A stretch of DNA of 64,000 nt from Takakia lepidozioides (lineage: Eukaryota; Plantae; Bryophyta), in contig CM060731.1 of the NCBI GenBank assembly GCA_030704615.1, positions 93,806,001 to 93,870,000 of the forward strand, read 5' to 3'. Under the pieces are notes generated by a model. The model made no database searches. It was not told where the DNA came from and saw only the letters and a list, made by a program, of their open reading frames with translations. Made by a program: the position numbers and the translations under genes. Below are positions 1 through 13,251 of this stretch, one piece after another; the stretch's first letter is position 1, and the number at the start of each line of letters is the position of its first letter.

Positions 1-695
1 CTCCAGGTGCCACTCCTTCACCATATCCGCAGTGTACATAGAGTCAGGGCCAGGACTTTGCCATGCCAAGAACAATGGAGGTTCTCTGGCAAGTGCACCT
101 TTGTCTAGTAGGTCAAGTTCATGTACCTGCAGAAAAAAGAAAACAACAGTGAATGAGGTCGTTAGAATCCAAAACAGGCGGCAGGGCCCATTTTTTTTGT
201 CTTCTGCTTGGCTCTCTCGGGTGTCTCTGTACTGTCCGGCTGTTCTCTGCCCTTCTCTTTAGCCCTCTCTTTGGCCTTCTCTCTTTGAGGTCGACCACAT
301 TCCCTACCGCCGAAGATCTCCCTCTCATGCTGTTTGGCAGGTTGGGACAGGTTGACTCCCCCATATGATAGATTTTTCATCCGTGTCATTCTCTGAGGAT
401 GACATCCATTTATGGATGAAAAAATTAAGTTTTAAGAGAACCAGCCAGATCCATGGAGGGAGGGAGAGAGAGGGAGAGAGATGGAACCCACCAACCATCC
501 CCTGGTATGGCAGCTCCTTATGGAGTGAGTGTGGTATGCACTCACCCCGTAAGGGAGTGCATACCAGACCCCATCACATAAATGACCTCCCTCTTCTTTG
601 TAGCTTTTACTTCTGGTTACAAAGGAACCATAGAAATAAACATGCCTACAATCTCAACTCTCCAAGGTCAACAAACAAAACAAGCCGTGACAAGC

Positions 696-1180
696 AAAGG
701 TACATCAACACTTACATCAGAATGTAGAGTTTTACCTTTTAGCTACACATAAGCTCTGATAATGGAAAGATGAGGCCAATGAAGGGACCTTAACTCCGAA
801 ATTCATGAAGCAACAAACAGGAAAGAAACTTTTATCAACCCTTTAGTGTTTACCTAGCCCATATTTTTGGGTACCACATGTGTACAAAACCAATGGGGGT
901 AGGTTTAGGCAATGAATTTTTGTGCCATTGGCATGTTCCAAGTTGGCAAGTTGTGATACAAACGAAGGTACATCAACACATACATCAAAATGTAGAGTTT
1001 TACCTTTTAGTTTATACATAAGCTCTGGTGACCGGAAGAAGAGGCCAGTGAAAGAACCCTCAATTCCCAAGGTCATAAAGTAACAATCAGGAAAGAATCT
1101 TATATCAAACTTTTAGTGTTTACCCACCCCTTGTTTTGGGTAAAACACGTGTACAAAACCAAAGGGGGCAGGTATTGGGA
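696..1180. repeat. Diverged tandem duplication, ~269-bp period
   Basis: aaggtacatcaacac...aatgtagagttttaccttttag...taagctctg occurs at ~697 and ~965, and tttagtgtttacc...tgtacaaaacca at ~842 and ~1112. Confidence 0.75.
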
Positions 1181-2181
1181 CTTAGGTAATGAAGTCTGGC
1201 AGGGATTTACCACCTGGTATTCAGACAACAGGGCACTAAAATGGGTGGGGGGTCATGGCCAGGGATTGGATGAGAGCTCTGTGCCCTGAACCTCCCATGC
1301 CGACTGTTGCAGCCTGGGCAACACCTCCCGAATCTGGACGTATTCCTATTTGTGCGTAAGAATAACAAAAGGAATGAGAAGAGTTCGTGTGTGCCCCTTG
1401 GCCCCCCTTTGGAGACCCGAAAACTGAATCTCAGAGGAGGGTGACTACCGCGGTGGGATGAAACTTTCATTGCGACGAGTTGGAGTTGTGGAGGAAACCA
1501 CCACTGGGGTGTCTTCCAGTTCTTCTTCACTCTGTCATCCCCAACATTCGGGCCCCCATCCAAACCACAGCCAAAGTCAGGAGAGTAGGGCGGAATGTAG
1601 TTGTATCACACAACCCTGAAAGCACAAATGAAGAATCACAAGCAGAAGAATAACATGCAGAAGATGAGAATAAAATGAGAATAACATACTACATACCTTT
1701 TACACAGTGCTCTGGGTAGACCCGCAAACACCCCGTACCGTATGTGGAGGCAAACCGAGAAACCGAATGAAACGACGACAATGTCTGGAGTACGCAAAAG
1801 AGGAATTGCTAGGGGCTTACTTGAGAATGCTCGGCCTGAGTTGGCGAGGGCTGTGAGCAAGACAAGGGGATCTCCTACGCTAGACGAAGTTTGGCCATGC
1901 GAGATGGGGGTCTCCTCCCAAAGTATATAAAGGTCGCAGTTTTCGCTGCTTCTGAGAACTCTGGTTTCTCACAGCAGAGCCTCGCCCTTCTCGACGCGAC
2001 ATAAGTTCGAGTAACAGAAAAATCTCTAGTGCGAGCGGATAATGCATGCTAGGTGGCCACGCATGGAACTTCATCCACCCATCACATCGAGGGCTGCAAG
2101 CGTATCCGTTAAGCTACCATGAAATCCATGCAAACCATGTGGGTTCAAACTCAATTTGGCAGAAAAAAAAATAACCCCCTG

Positions 2182-4898
2182 GGATGGAAATTCGGTGCCA
2201 GCTGGCTCTCTCTCCCCCCGGGAACTTCTCACCCAACCCCCCAGGATGGAAATGCGGTGCCAAATTTCCATCCTAGGGGTTGGATGAAAGCTTCTTGGGG
2301 GGAGAGAAAGCCAGCTGGCAGCCCAACTCCATCCCGAATTTGGTGCCCAATTTTCCATCCGGAGGAATGAAATTGGGCTGCCTGCTAGCTTTCTCTCCCC
2401 CCCGATAAGCTTTCATCCACCCCCCGGAGGGAAATTCGGCACCGAATTTCCATCCGAGGGAATGAAGTTGGGTTGGCTGCTGGTTTTCTCTCCCCTCGAG
2501 AAGCTTTCATCCAACCCCCTAGGATGGAAATCGGTGCCAAATTTCCATCCAAGGGAATGAAGTTGGGCTGTCTGCTAGTTTTCTCTCCCCCCCAAGAAGC
2601 TTTCACCCACCGCCCCGGATGGCAATTGAGCGCCGAATTTCCATTTGGGGCATGAACTTGAGCTGCCAGCTGGCTCTCTCTCCCCTGAGAACTTTTCATC
2701 CAAACCCCTAGGATCGAAATTCGGTGCCAAATTTCCATCCTGGGGGTTGGATGAAAGCTTCTCGGGGGGAGAGAGAGCTAGCTTGCAGCCCAACTCCATC
2801 CCAAATTCGGTGCCGAATTTCCATCCGAGGGAATGAAGTTGGGCTGTCTGCTGGCTTTCTCTCTACCCCCCCCCCGGGAAGCTTTCATCCACCGCCCCGG
2901 ATGGAAATTCGGTGCCAAATTTCCATCCGGGGGATGAAGTTGAGCTGCCAGCTAGCTCTCTCTCCGCAGAGAACTTTTCATCCAACCCCCTAGGATGAAA
3001 ATTCGGAGCCGAATTTCCATCCGAGGGAATGAAGTTGGGATGACTGTTGGCTTTCTCTCCCCCCGGGAAGCTTTTATCCACCGCCTCGGATGGAAATTTG
3101 GCGCTGGATTTCCATCCGGGGGATGAAGTTGAGCTGCCAGCTGGCTCTCTCTCCGCTAGAGAACTTTTATAGGATGGAGATTCGGTGCCGAATTTTCATC
3201 CGAGGGAATGAAGTTGGGCGAAGTTGAGTTGTCAGGTGGCTCTCTCTCCGCCTGAGAACTTTTCATCCAACCACCTAGGATGGAAATTCGGCGCCGAATT
3301 TCCATCCGAGGGAATGAAGTTGGGGCTGCCTGCTGGCTTCTCCCCCCGACAAGCTTTCATCCACTCGCCCGGATGGAAATTCGGCGCCAAATTTCTATTT
3401 GGGGGATGAAGTTGAACCGCCAGCTGGCTCTGTCCCCCCCCCCCGAGAACTTTTCATCCCACCACCTAGGATGGAATTCGGCGCCGAATTTCCATGCTGG
3501 GGGATGGAGTTGAGCCGCCAGCTGGCTTTCTCTCCCCCCGAGAACTTTTCATCCAACCCCCTAGGATGGAGATTCAGCGCCGAATTTCCATGCTGGGGGA
3601 TGGAGTTGGACTGCCAGTTGGCTCTTTCCTTCCCCCGGGAAGCTTTTGTCCAACCCCCCAGGATTGAAATTCGGCACCGCATTTCCATCGTAGGGATGAT
3701 AAAGGGAGGCCAAATGGATCAAAATGGACGAAAAGCATGCAAATGGATGAAATTGGGAAGAAAATGATGAAAATGGATGAAAATCAGAGAAATTGATCCG
3801 CAACCTAGCGCCTACTTTGCCCGGGATTGTCCCATTTGACCTTGCTGGATGAAATTCGGCACCGAATTTCCATCCGGGGGGAAGTTGGGCTGCCATCTGG
3901 CTTTCGTTCCCCTAGAGAGGCTTTCATCCAATCCCCAAGATGGGAATTCGGCGCCGAATTTCCATCCAATGGGGAGCACAAGAAAAAAATAAAAAATAAA
4001 AAATAAAAAATAGTTTTTTTTAAATTTTTTATTTTCTCCTTCTCTTGTCTTTCCCGCTGGATGGAAATTCGGCGCCGTATTTCCATCTTGGGGGATGATG
4101 TTCGGCTACCACTTGGCGTTTTCCCCCCTCGCGATGCTTTCATCCGACCCCCCAGGATGGAAATACAGCGCCTAATTTCCATCCAGCGGGGAGGACTATA
4201 GACACAATTTTTATTTATTTATTTGTTTTTATTAAAAACAGTTCCCCCCATTCGAGTCCCTCTGCGGGATGGAAATTCGGCGCTATATTTCCATCTTGGG
4301 GGATGACGTTTAGCTACCACCTAGCTTTCTCCCCTCTTGCGATGCTTTCGTCCGACCCTCCAGATGGAAATATGGCGCTGAATTTCCATCCAGTGGGGAG
4401 GACTATAGACACAAAAGAAAAAAGAAAAAAGAAAAAAGAAAAAAGAAAATATATATATATTTGGGCTCTTCGAGTCCTCCCTGCAAGATGGAAATTTGGC
4501 GCCATATTTCCATCTTGGGGGATGACGTTCGGCTACCACCTGGCTTTCTCCCCTCTTGCGATGCTTTCATCCGACCCCCCATGATGGAAATTCGGCGCCG
4601 TATTTCCATCCTACGGAGAGGACCAGAGACCACAATTTCATTATTATTATTATTTTCCGTACGAGTCCTCCCTGTGGGATGGAAATTCGGCGCCATATTT
4701 CCATCTTGGGAGATGACGTTCGGTTACCACCTGGCTTTCTCCCCCCTCGCAATGCTTTGATCCAACCCCCCAGGAAGCAAATATGGCGCCGAATTTGCAT
4801 TTTGAGGGATGACGTTCGGCTACCACTTGGCTTTCTCTCCCTTTGCGATGCTTTCATCCGACCCCCCAGGATGGAAATACGGCGCCGAATTTCCATCC
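2182..4898. repeat. Tandem array (~94-97-bp units, roughly 28 palindrome copies) built on the 30-bp palindrome GGATGGAAATTCGGCGCCGAATTTCCATCC
   Basis: Perfect palindrome at 3278-3307; degenerate copies throughout, with CpG decay (ggtgcc/ggcacc); inter-palindrome segments are homologous to each other. Confidence 0.92.
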
Positions 4899-4956
4899 AG
4901 CAGGGAGAACTAGAGAGGGGAAAAACAAAAAAACCAAAAAAAACCCCTAGTTAACG

Positions 4957-7426
4957 CGGGAGGTTGCCCAGGAAGCACAGCACCTCCATTCAGGAGGAGG
5001 TGAAGTTGAGACTTGGTGCCAAACCGAAACAGATACCGTTGCAGGCTGCCCATAAGATGACATTGGGCAGCATAATGTCGGAAGATGGCTCTGACATAGT
5101 TCCTCTCGATGCATATGAAATGAACGCATTGCTAGAATCGGTGTCCCACATCTGTTCCCCGCATCTGAGCAATCACATTGTCTCCTGCAAACAGAAAATT
5201 GGGCGAGGCTCGGATTTGTAGTCCATTCTTGAGGTCAAGCGAGGATGTGGATATGACTTCATTCATGGAAGTCGGTTTCTAGGACAATGGAGTGAGGTAG
5301 ACCGTTGTTTCATATTCAAAATATCAACGTGTGGTCCAGGCAATGGCAAAGTGATGAATCATGTTCGACCATATCAAACGTATTACAAATCACGAGTGGG
5401 TGACAATGGGTGCACATGTCTACGACCCCCACTGCAGAATGCTAATGACCTTTGCTATTTGTGAGATGAAAGGGGAGGACACACAATCGGAGATGCACCT
5501 TTTCAAGGAATAAGCGAACAAATGGCCAGGGCGGGATTGCCCCCGCCGAATTTCCGTGGTTTCATGGCGGACAACGCAAAAGCAAACTGGGCTGCAGTCC
5601 GTAGGGTGTACGGGGAAAACCTGAATGTTCCAATGGAAGGAAATGAGAGATCTTGTGGGTTCCATTTTCTACATAGCTTCTCGTAGTACACAACCAAACT
5701 CGTGGCGCTAGCTTTCAGAGAGGACCACCGTTCCATGTGTCTTGCATGGAAGAATGCTCCCACTTTGGATGATGCAGACATCGAGTTTACATGTATACGG
5801 GCTTGGTGGACAACTTCACGTGCTGTAAAGATAGAAGATGAGGGAGCAATGGGTCAGTGGGCTTGTTTGGTGGCAATATCGTTTTGGACAATTTGGTGAG
5901 TATATGCGGCATGTGAGTTGAAAGGTTTCACGTCCCCAACAACATTATGGTTGTCACTCCTTTGTAATTTGCTTCTAACCTGAGAATGTGCATCTGCAAG
6001 ACATGTGTCTGGACTCCGACACCGACATGCCGACAACAAACATGGCCGAATCAGTGCATTCTTCATGCGTGCCTCCGCTGCGGTACATTTGGTGGACATC
6101 CTCACTGCCACAATGGAGGACATTGTGAGGTCAATCATGCAGCAATCTAGGTACAACGTGTTTTTGAAAGAGAAATAGTGGGGTGCGGAGTGCCTCCACA
6201 TCCAAGAATCCTCGTAAGTGGGCAACGGCCTTGTAAGAGAACCTTCGTGACACGTCATTGCTTCGAAGAGGTTTGCACCTGGAAGGAAATGTTCGCACCC
6301 GTCCAGTGAGACGACAAATTGACGACCAACCTGGCGGAGAAGAGAATTCCGGGTGAGCTGACAAGAATATTCGCATGCTCCCTCGAGGTACCGTAATGTT
6401 GCCGGAGGACATCTCGTCCGACACCGCAAGCCCTGCACGTTCAAGATCGCCATCTCCTTTGAGCACAAGGCACGTGCCCGAGGAACATTCCGAGCCATCT
6501 GCAATACAACATACCCATTGTCGAGACAAGAGTGTCGGAGTCACAGTGGAGAATTGCCAAGAGAGAAGACTCCGGCCAAAGCCAGCGTAAGTAAGAGCCA
6601 CTTCACCTCACGGCTACTGCCCCATTTTCGGGGGTGGGCACAACGCCTGCATTTCAAGGGAAGTGATGCGCCATCCGGGTGGATACCAAACAACGCTGCG
6701 GTGAGATGATTAGGAGGAACCCACACAGTGTTGTACCTGCACCTTGTTTCAACGGCATATTTCTGACCGCCAGATTTGCTACAGCCGCAACGCAAGTGTT
6801 TTGGTTCTGTAGGCACGATATAATGACGTGTATTTGGCAAGCCCAAGTACGGGATTCCGGGAATGCCGGAGCCTCCTGTCGTCTGGCCTGTTGCACCGGG
6901 TTGCAACCTCTTTTAGAATGAGGCGGATGCTCTTGCTGCAGTGGGGTTTTGAATGGTGCAACGCACAGACGTCTCGGCCCACCCATTTCCAGTTCCTCAG
7001 ACCCAACAACCATTGCAGACTGCGAGGTCCAGGAGAGACGGAGTGGACAATTCTGCACATCCTAGCACGCGATTCGAAAAAGTGAAGAGACGACGCCCTC
7101 CCACCAAGACAAATGAGACGCAGATTGCCAATGCTCTTGGGATAAACTGTACTATTCAAAGCTCCCGGGACATACCCGCACCTGGCCTTGGGCGTGTTTA
7201 TCGGATGGCAACGGCCAGCTCAGCTGCTTGCGATGACGTATACACCATTACAATCTCCTCTCAGCCGACCTACAATTGTGCGGATTTTTTGTTGATGGAA
7301 TCAAAGAAGCCTGACACGTATTATCCGTGCAAGCATTTGTATTACGTTTATCTGAAGAGGCTAAAGTGTAACTTGACTATTGATGACTACATTCATGCAC
7401 CAACGTTGAGCCGGAACGAGTTGCAC
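4957..7426 (+). pseudogene. Degenerate Mutator-like transposase (DDE region + C-terminal SWIM finger), 5'-truncated
   Basis: Collinear with the 53153-57403 transposase: EEVKLRLGAKPKQI, FRGFMADNAKANWAAVRRVYG, SCGFHF, TNMAESVH, and SWIM YNCADF..YPCKHLYY. Same intron position (YMRH|gtgag at 5913). Many stops and frameshifts. Confidence 0.85.
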
Positions 7427-8375
7427 AACTACCAAAACACACCCCTCCCCTTCCTAGGACCAGACAAGCCATACACTTACTTAGGCATACAACTCGTTCC
7501 CTCCCTTACTTGGCATATCCAAAAGAATCTACATCATCCAAACTCACTACCAAAAGTATTGCTCTACTCAAATCCCCAATTGTCATTCGACCAAAACTAT
7601 CAATCATTCAATTAGTACTACAAACACAAATTCAATACTCGTTCCACGCCGCACCCTTCTCCTTATCAGACATCAAAAAACTTGATAAAAGTATTATCCA
7701 GCTAACAAAACGTGTATGTGGTCTACCAACTAGCACCCCCAATGCCCTCACACAACTACCTACGGACCACTACGACATTGGTTTGCGCCCATTAATCATC
7801 TCATATGCTCGCACATTGGGCACCCAATTCAAAGAAGCACTCAACGATCCTGGGCGTCTATGTATCATTTATCAGGGACTTCTCAAATACCTTGCATCTA
7901 AATACAATGTCCTATACTCATTATCATCCCTGCACCCACAAGCCTGCCTACACTCCCCCACTGCACGCACACTACTTATCCTGCGCCAAATGAAAATTAG
8001 CATACAAACTGATTTGCCTGACTATCCTAACACCTCATCACCCTTAGAACGCGCATGGCTTACAAGCCCTTCTCTACCACAATTTGACATTTCTTATCCC
8101 AAACAAAAGGTCCCCATCCTCATATATTTCAAAGAACGACACATCACCACCCTCACCCAACTTACTACCACCACTGGCCATAGACTTTTAAAACCTAGCG
8201 AATTCACTCTTAAATTCTCCCGAGCCATGACCAAAACCAATCGCTACCTACATCATCTTCCTACCCTCTTCTGCCATCCCTCAACCGCCTACACTCTACA
8301 ATGTGACCTCCCATGCCTCTATTATCCACATACGGCTCAAGACCTGCTCCCCTAGTACCGTTCTATCCCTACTAC
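7427..8375 (+). pseudogene. Non-LTR retrotransposon (LINE) ORF2 fragment, end of RT/thumb region
   Basis: PYTYLGIQLVPSLTW, then ORF 7510-8355 (IKKLDK..KRVCGLPTSTPN..ALNDPGRL); resembles the LINE fragment at 24.8-25.3 kb (NPYTYFGIQMTPSLNW). Confidence 0.7.
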
Positions 8376-8383
8376 CTCCAAGG

Positions 8384-9582
8384 GCAGGTCTCGAGCAGGA
8401 ACAATTACATGATGCTCACAAACAGCAGCTCTACCAAATGCAAGTTCAGCATGAGGGAAATTTGCAAGTAGAGAAACTGCTTAATGCTGGATTGATAGCA
8501 GCCAATCAGACACTTGCCATGCAATTTGCCACCCTAACAGCTAAACTGGAACTGGCTGATGAGGAAATAAAGAAGACAACTGAGAGGTGTGCATGGGCAG
8601 AGTGTCGCGCACCTCACTTTGGTAAGCTCCCCTTTAAGTCATAGTTACTCGCTTTGATGCGCGCGCCTAACTCCCAACCTGTCCGCCGGGCCAACTCGAA
8701 GCTTCGTCTGCTCATCGGGACATAACGGTCCCCCTTTACTCTTCCAAAAGACCCTCCACCAATTTGGGCCTAGTGGAAATTCCCTTTGGTAGATGGCAGT
8801 CCGGAATAGCTCCCCACTCCTTGGTCGCTTTCCGGCTCGCTCGCTTACTCACTAGTTTTTGGTCACCAACGGGCTTGCACCGTTCTCAGGGTTACTACTC
8901 CCTATATATACTTCTGTGACTGTCCGCGGGGGTTTCACAAACAACCATGCCATTTCATGGCAAACCACCACGAAGACCCTCGACTCCCGGTGATGAGTCG
9001 TGGTGAGTCTTGGCCCACCCACCACGGCCCCATTGGACCGTGATGAGTCCCAAGACTCCCCACAACTCCCACCACAAGGTCTCCGCCCCATGGTAAGTCC
9101 TATGTCACCCCCACTAAGTCCCGCTAAGCTACCACCACCCCTTGTGGAGCCACCCCCACCGCAACCCGGTGTTCGGGGCTCCACCTAGTGAGCACCTCCG
9201 CCTCTTTGAGTGCTTTGGGCACTCAAGGGTGCTTCAGCCCCCCGTACCTATCGCTGCCACTGCCCCCACCACAGGGGCAGCCCCTCCTTGCGTCCTGACC
9301 CCCTGCCCTCAAGGCAAAGGGCCGCGATACAGAGACAGCACAAGGACAAAGAAGACTCATTGCTGACATGAAAAATACTCTTTGCCGCAATGAGGATACC
9401 ATCCAGCAGTTGAAGCGCCTCATGAGGAAAAGGACCAGCAACTTTTAGAGTCGCAGCAAAAGGTCACAGTGAGGGATAACGAACTTTTTGCAAGTGAAAG
9501 GGCATGGAGGGAAGCCAATAACATGTCAGCTGCCTATGCAGCTCTGGTAGATCCTCACATAAAGAGAATGGAGAGTTTACAA
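8384..9582 (+). pseudogene. Fragment of the coiled-coil LTR-retrotransposon extra ORF (paralog of 60992-63601), split by a solo LTR
   Basis: AGLEQEQLHDAHKQQLYQMQV aligns with AGLAQDQLHEAHKQQLYQMQV; after the LTR, LIADMKNTLCRNEDT aligns with LIVDMKNTICRNEDT. Confidence 0.85.
8603..9329 (-). mobile_element. Solo LTR of the Gypsy chromovirus family, TSD CAGAG
   Basis: Full-length match to the 31131-31859 LTR in reverse; CAGAG at 8598-8602 and 9330-9334. Confidence 0.93.
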
Positions 9583-9639
9583 GTCCACAATCAGACTAAA
9601 AAACTAGAAGTTTGGGTAAGATAAAGTGGGAAGGATAGA

Positions 9640-11070
9640 ACACTTAGAGCTCCTTGGACATCGAGTGTTCACGAGTGGTTTCCCCTGTATCTAGTCCCCC
9701 TTCTACACCACCGGCCAGGTCAAGGAGCCCTTCGCCGTCGTTAGTGTCAGTCATGGCACATATCCCAGGACCTCCTGAGGTACCTATTGTGGTTCCAGCA
9801 GGCCTGCCCCTGCTAACGTTACCTAGGCATTTGCCTTGGTTATCCGGGAAGCGCATGAAAACCCAGAATATCATGTGAAAAGCTTTATTCAGTGTTGTTA
9901 TTCTAACCAAGCACTAAACGATGCCTATTGGTTGATATGGTTTCCCACAACCATGAGGGGTAGGGCATCTACTTGGTATTGGCAACAGGCGCCACGAATA
10001 TTTGTTACCTGGTAGTAAATCCGCGATGCCTTCTTGGATCATTTCCGGGCAGTCCACCAGTTCACCATTGTCTTGATGACATTGGCAAGGATCCGCCAAG
10101 GCCCCACAGAAGAGGTGGCGGACTTCAAAATGCAATTTCGGGAGTTAATGCGACTCCAAAACCCTTTAAGGTACTGAAGGATTGTTTTCTGAGTGGATTA
10201 CGAGAGGCCACTCACTTTCATGTTTTGCAGCAAAGACCTGCAACACTGGTAGATGCCATACAAGCTGGCAAGCAGTTTGACAACATGCATCGCCAGGTAC
10301 AACGGGCAAAGATGCCCGACTTTGCGCTTCCGTCATACATTACAATCGAGCCCACGCAGGAATGCCATTAGCGGTGATTCAACCCGCTTTACACTATACG
10401 CCGTCATATGTAGGAGGAGCAAGGCCATACGCCCCGGCAACGTCCCCCACACCAGTAGTAGGACCGATCGTGCCACAGTATACGAATGCTGCCCCTACTA
10501 ACTCGTATGCAGATACCATTGGGCAGTCTGATTCACGGGTGGGCCATTTGGAGGCACAAGTCACCTCCCTCATCAAAACTATCAAAACAATGGGCGATCG
10601 CATGAGCTCCATCGGCCAGCAGATCACAAGCTACGTGGGGTATCGAGATGCGGCTCCAGTAGGAGAATCCGGCCCCAACCCAGCAAAGGTATGGTGCTCC
10701 AACTGCGACGGCCCCGGGCATGCTGCTCAACATTGTCCGTATCCCGTTCGGGAAAGGCAGGTAACCAAAACCCGACTTATCAGGATAGATCAAAATGACA
10801 ATTCAATCAAAGGACGGGTTGTCAAAAATGTGGACACCCGCGCCATACCACCGTAGAATGTTGGAGTGTATAGTATTTTTACATTACGGCCAACGAGGTC
10901 ACCCATTGGATAGATGTCCCCGTAGACAGGTGGATCGACCGGCCCCCGCCACCATCCAACATGTAGAGAGGAATTTAGAAGGGCAACGAGCACCCTTCCT
11001 TGATCAGTATACGACTAAACCACCCAACCCTCTACCGCAACAGCATAGCATGTCGCAGATAGCACAGTGA
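9640..11070 (+). pseudogene. Degenerate retrotransposon gag remnant with CCHC zinc knuckle
   Basis: LKDCFLSGLRE..PATLVDAI (ORF 9973-10371) and CSNCDGPGHAAQHCP (ORF 10362-10856); frameshifted. Confidence 0.7.
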
Positions 11071-11094
11071 CCTAAGCCAGATCAGGCAGGTGAG

Positions 11095-13251
11095 GGTTTG
11101 GATGAAAGTAGGGCTCCCGCTGGTTTTCTATTTCTTTGGGGTTGCTGCACTCCCCTGTTTCCGTGTCCTTTTCTTTGCCCATTTTTTCTTCTCATTCAAC
11201 TTCTCCTAAATACCTGCCTGAGCAAGCTCTGCCACTTTCCTGGACTTGCAAGCAAGCGCTTTCGCCTCCTTTGGACCCAGCGGAGGCAGCGGAGCGCGAT
11301 TTTGGCGGGCCTCAACATCCAACTTCAATTGAAACTCCGACCCGTCGAGCGAGCCGGGCGGAAGGTCCACATACCAAGGGCAGTCGCACAAATGCTCCAG
11401 ATGCTACTCCTTCACCATAACGTCAGTGTACATGGAGTCAGCGCCGGGGTTCCGCCATGCGAGGAAGAAGGGCGGCTCGAAGGCGAGATGACCTTTCTCC
11501 AACAGGGAGAACTTGCAGTACCTGCATTCAAGAAACCCACAGAGAATCAGGTCCCGGGAATGAGGTTACTGTTTCGGCCCGAAACTGTAAAAATGACGCC
11601 GAATTTCCATGCGAGGGGGGGCCACTGTTCTCGGGACAGCCATTTCTGGCCCCTGATACTGGAAATCCGGTGCCATTTTTCCAGCTTGGGGGCCAAAATG
11701 GCCAATCCCTTGAGCGGCTAGCTCGGAAACTGGAAAAACGGCGCCGAATATCCAGTGCAGCGGCCCATAAATGGCTAAGTCCTTGAAGTTGGAAGCCACA
11801 CTTGGAAAGCATGCTCCACACACGCGCGCCACTTGCTTGGTCAACCACTTGCTTCACCAAGAGCAATCCAAGAACTCATAGAACTAGCAAAAGCACTCCC
11901 TTCTAGCTCCTTAGCTTGCTTGTTTGTCAACCAAATGAAACCTCACTTGGCTTCATCTCACCATGGATAGAACAACCACTTCTTAGCTTCTCTTGAGCTA
12001 CTCAATGCTCCTCAAGCTATCTTTGTTGTCCTCCTTCTATGGTATTTCCAACCCAAGCATGTGCCGCTCTTTGGCTTCTCTTTCACACCACATGTGAACA
12101 ACTGACACCGAAACTGGAAATTCGGCGCCATTTTTCCAGGTTGGGGGCCAGCCCCTTCTGGGACACAGCCATTTTTGGACCCAACTTGGAAAAATGGCGC
12201 TGAATTTTCAGTTCCGGGGCCAAGAAATGGCTAAGTCCCCAGGGTGGATGGCACCGAAACTGGAAATTCGGCGCCATTTTTCCCGTATCGGGGCCAGCCC
12301 CTCATTGGACTTAGCCATTACGGGCCCCAAGCTGGGAAAATGGCGCCGAATCTCCAGTTTCGGGGCCTACAAATGGCTAAGTCCCTGGGGTGGCTTCCAC
12401 CGAGCCTGGAAATTCGGCGCCATTTTTCCAGTCTCGGGGGCAGCCACCCACGGGACTTAGCCATTTTGGGCCCAACCTGGAAACATGGCGCCGGAGTCTT
12501 CTGGTGCCATTCCTACTGGGACAGCCAATTCTCCGCCCCAATCTGGCCGTTTGGCCTCAGATTCGTTTTTGGGCCTAGAACTGTTGGGACTACAATGGCC
12601 ACAAATCAAAGAAGAGCACCGGATATTTACCTGTACAGAAGGCGCATTGCCGCTTTGTCCGCGTTCGGCTGGTCGGTGAACTCGTGGCTCCTCCGGGCAT
12701 GCGGTATCTCTCGATAGAACAGGTCGGTTTTGTATAGCAGAAAGTACCTCGTCACATAGTCACGGAGGCTCTCTGCTTCTTCAGCAATCTCCAGCTTGAA
12801 CTGATGTGCTTGGGTGTCAAGCCGCTCTTACGCATTTGTCGTGACCTGTGGAGAGTCTCCATTAGACATCATTCTTCAAGAAATACAGGAAATCCACCCG
12901 ATACAAGAGGAGAAGCGCCAAATGAAGCATGAAAAGTACCTGAAACCACCATGTCATGCGGTTTATATTCCACATGTCGAATGTGGGGTCGGACAGTTTG
13001 TCGGGTTTTGGGAAGCTCCACATGTCCCGTGTACTTTGGGACCCATTCCAGATTTGGAGCCACCGGGTCTGTTCAACGAGCTTGCATATTAGTAAGCGCA
13101 AGACACCATGAAAACGCATTGTTGCCACAAGAATATTTGGCTTAGAATGTCTAACCTTCTCTGTTGCATCCACACAAGCTCTGGCTAGACAATGCAGCTT
13201 CTCCAGTGTCATCGGTTGTTCATGACTCAGTTCCCCAGTATGGTCGCCAAA
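11095..13251 (-). pseudogene. Spliced gene remnant (exons ~13251-12631 and 11521-~11095), possibly the middle part of a ParB-MTase paralog
   Basis: GT-AG intron 12630-11522 joins ..AAMRLLYR|YCKFSLLEKGHLAFEPPFFLAWRNPG..HLCDCPWYVDL in frame; in-frame stops; the homology assignment is inference only. Confidence 0.5.
11575..12500. repeat. Array of GGCGCC-core quasi-palindromes (ctggaaattcggcgccatttttccag), in two blocks inside the intron
   Basis: Copies near 11660, 11730, 12115, 12260, 12333, 12406 and 12478, in both orientations. Confidence 0.8.

Noticed and set aside
750-765. PBS-like aagctctgat
   Set aside because: Lacks the ACCA end and there is no adjacent LTR.
1560-1605. YIPPYSPD on the minus strand resembling the Tc1/IS630 PPYSPDLNPIE motif
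   Set aside because: No LNPIE continuation and no other DDE motifs nearby.
2182-4898. CRISPR array, and the many short ORFs (MEIRRRIS.., WKFGAEF..)
   Set aside because: Spacers are homologous tandem units; the ORFs are translation artefacts of the palindrome.
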